This document shows positions 63,145 to 64,000 of a stretch of 64,000 nucleotides of DNA, piece after piece; the stretch's first letter is position 1, and every line of letters begins with the position of its first letter. The notes under the pieces are model-generated. The model was not told the DNA's origin and made no database searches. It saw only the letters and a program-made list of their open reading frames with translations. The translations under genes and the position numbers were made by a program. Source of the stretch: an uncultured Gemmatimonadaceae bacterium (GTDB lineage Bacteria > Gemmatimonadota > Gemmatimonadetes > Gemmatimonadales > Gemmatimonadaceae); contig CAVUDW010000002.1 in NCBI GenBank assembly GCA_963740355.1, positions 864,001 to 928,000 on the forward strand. The letters are read 5' to 3'.

Positions 63145-63603
63145 TTAATGCCAGGTCTTTACGCCACCGTGCCGCGCACAGGCGCCGCCGCGCTGGGCAC
63201 CTTTCCACTCTGATCCATCCGTACAGGTGGCTGAAACACCGGCGGCTGGTGCTGCAGCGCGGGCGATGAAGCGCCCGCGGGCATCACGTGCCGGGGCTGG
63301 CTTGGCCGTCGGCGCGGCGGCCTTGGCGACGGTAGCCGGCGGGGTCACCGCGGCGGGACGGGTGGCTGCGGCCGCGGCGGTAGCCGGAGCGACGATGGCG
63401 GGAGCAGCGGGCTTGGCCGCCGTCGCCGTCGCCGGCGTCGTGATGGCGTGCGTCGCGGGGGCCGGCTTGGTGACCGGCTTCGCTGCAGCGTGGGTGGCTG
63501 GGGCGTGCGTTGCCGGGGCGGCCGTCGCCTGAGCGTGCGCGCCGAGTGGCACCAACAACAGGGCGGCAAACGTGGAGAGCCTGCGGGTGATGGAGCGATA
63601 CAT
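63145..63603 (-). CDS. Exported Ala/Pro/Thr-rich protein with C-terminal DUF3761-like domain
   Basis: Signal peptide AHA-Q; C-terminal ATCTDG.......GACARHGGV..W. Confidence 0.75.
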   Translation of the reverse strand: MYRSITRRLSTFAALLLVPLGAHAQATAAPATHAPATHAAAKPVTKPAPATHAITTPATATAAKPAAPAIVAPATAAAAATRPAAVTPPATVAKAAAPTAKPAPARDARGRFIARAAAPAAGVSATCTDGSEWKGAQRGGACARHGGVKTWH

Positions 63604-63801
63604 GTGAACTCCCGTGTGTGTGGTATCGACTGCCGGTTGCGCCGACGTCTCGTCGGGCGCGCGCTGATACACGTGGAAACGCACTGCGTTCAGCGCGTCG
63701 GACCCTTTGTCAATGTGCTATCGTGATGTGAAGAAAGCAGTCGCATCAACGTCATTTCACGATGCTGCGTGATCGTGATCACCTTCGCTTTGGAGCTGTT
63801 C

Positions 63802-64000
63802 ATGTTCGTCCATGCCGTCTATTTCTCGTTGCGCGCCGACTTGCCCGCCGCCGATCTCGCAACCTTTCTTGCGTGGCAGCCGAAGCTCTGTGCGTTGCCG
63901 AGTGTGCACGCCGGGTATCACGGTGTGCCGGCAGCGACGGATCGTCCAGTCATCGACCGTGCGTACACACACGCGCTCGTGTTGCTGTTCGCGGACGCGG
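63802..64000 (+). CDS. Dabb-family stress-responsive alpha/beta barrel protein (partial, runs off window)
   Basis: GGAG RBS; MFVHAVYFSLR...GVPAATDRPVIDRAYTHALVLLF; not in the ORF track. Confidence 0.8.
   Translation, partial: MFVHAVYFSLRADLPAADLATFLAWQPKLCALPSVHAGYHGVPAATDRPVIDRAYTHALVLLFADA

Overview
High-GC bacterial chromosomal window. Gene content and protein style suggest phylum Gemmatimonadota; this is an inference, since no rRNA marker is present. Mostly housekeeping and accessory genes: an Opp/Dpp peptide ABC transporter plus a POT transporter, gcvP/gcvH with a lipoate ligase, coaE, a five-gene type IV minor-pilin cluster, tdk, ligA (frameshifted), a pyrimidine-nucleoside phosphorylase, gyrB and a PAS-GGDEF-EAL protein. 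Highlights: (1) a stand-alone proteobacterial-type LH2 antenna operon pucB-pucA-pucC with two tandem PpsR/CrtJ-type TGT-N12-ACA boxes and an intercistronic hairpin; (2) a tightly coupled nurA-herA-X-mre11(sbcD)-rad50(sbcC)-GNAT operon resembling the archaeal DNA end-resection module; (3) a PTPS-II (CX5HGH)-folE-SDR operon that looks like a tetrahydrobiopterin pathway; (4) an unannotated ~170-nt rod-shaped ncRNA (6S-like) with a candidate promoter and terminator; (5) a motif-dead DEAD-box/DbpA protein and a QGD-variant GT2, both with long Arg-rich disordered tails; (6) a membrane-domain/di-heme cytochrome c peroxidase fusion. No tRNA, rRNA, CRISPR array or mobile element was recognised. All assignments come from motif reading without database searches.
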